A DNA stretch of 63,199 bases, counting the filler, from Octopus bimaculoides (lineage: Eukaryota), in NCBI RefSeq assembly GCF_001194135.2. It is 9 parts of 8 records of this genome, joined end to end, with 100 filler letters (N's around TTAATTAATTAA, not from the genome) between each part and the next. Parts side by side here need not be neighbours in the genome. Positions count along the whole stretch, not along the records: positions 62,097 to 63,199 come from NW_026406958.1; 8 more parts are not named here. One strand, given 5' to 3'. A program made the translations under genes and the position numbers. Of this stretch, positions 62,985 through 63,199 are shown one piece after another (position 1 is the stretch's first letter; each line of letters starts with the position of its first letter). The notes beneath the pieces are model-generated. The model was not told where the DNA came from, made no database searches, and saw only the letters and a list, made by a program, of their open reading frames with translations.

Positions 62985-63199
62985 GAGCGTGTGCTATGTA
63001 CGGGAGAATTCACGAAAAAACAACAGACGAAGACAGGTGGTGTAAACAGCAAATGGATGTATTAGTATAACGCTCGGGAATAGAGAAAGCCTTAAACGTT
63101 TCGAGCCTACGCTCTTCAATGGAAAGGAATACAGAAATAAACAGAGAAACAAGGAGAGAAAACAAATATGTGTATTAGTCTGCGATCTATCGTGGCGAA
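62985..63199 (-). mobile_element. Penelope-type terminal-repeat family copy
   Basis: Homologous to 20085-20236 and 34600-34790; carries the best-preserved stem II/III of the hammerhead-like motif. Confidence 0.62.
63090..63127 (-). ncRNA. Minimal hammerhead-like motif with non-canonical core
   Basis: CCUUU-CCAUUGA-A-GAGC(GUAG)GCUC-GAA-ACGU-U-UAAGG: perfect 4-bp stem II, GAAA box, palindromic ACGU stem III, stem I with one mismatch. The first box deviates from CUGANGA. Confidence 0.42.

Overview
This is repeat-saturated animal genomic DNA, most likely Octopus. That is inferred from the very dense (TA)n/(CA)n/(AAT)n microsatellites and the octopus-type tRNA-derived SINEs, not from a database search. 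About 6.9 kb is N. Eight 100-bp gaps carry an artificial TTAATTAATTAA linker, so the window is a chain of nine separately assembled pieces and adjacency across linkers is not guaranteed. The only well-supported host gene is on the minus strand in the first piece. It has seven exons (12380 to 2470) that I spliced by hand; all junctions are GT-AG and phase-compatible. They give about 349 aa of a STAND/NACHT-type P-loop NTPase (Walker A GESGCGKS split by an intron; Walker B VLVFDALN) resembling the DUF4062-NACHT-TPR/WD40 class (NPHP3/TEP1/NWD-like). Its first and last exons are not in view. The rest is decayed mobile DNA: a Gypsy-type LTR element inside the gene, a doubly deleted Gmr1-type LTR element, Penelope-like elements and terminal repeats with hammerhead-ribozyme-like motifs, R4/Dong-like and Tx1-like LINE remnants, Tc1, mariner, maT (DD37D), hAT, Helitron, a MITE and SINEs. 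The best leads are: (1) an intronic LTR whose ATG and splice donor are exactly in frame with the next NACHT exon, which could make a chimeric, N-terminally truncated STAND protein; (2) minimal hammerhead-like motifs in Penelope-type repeats, including a 435-bp foldback with one on each arm; (3) a 91-nt near-perfect pre-miRNA-like hairpin; (4) a sharp CpG-depletion boundary marking the methylated gene body. No CRISPR array, rRNA or intact tRNA gene was found.
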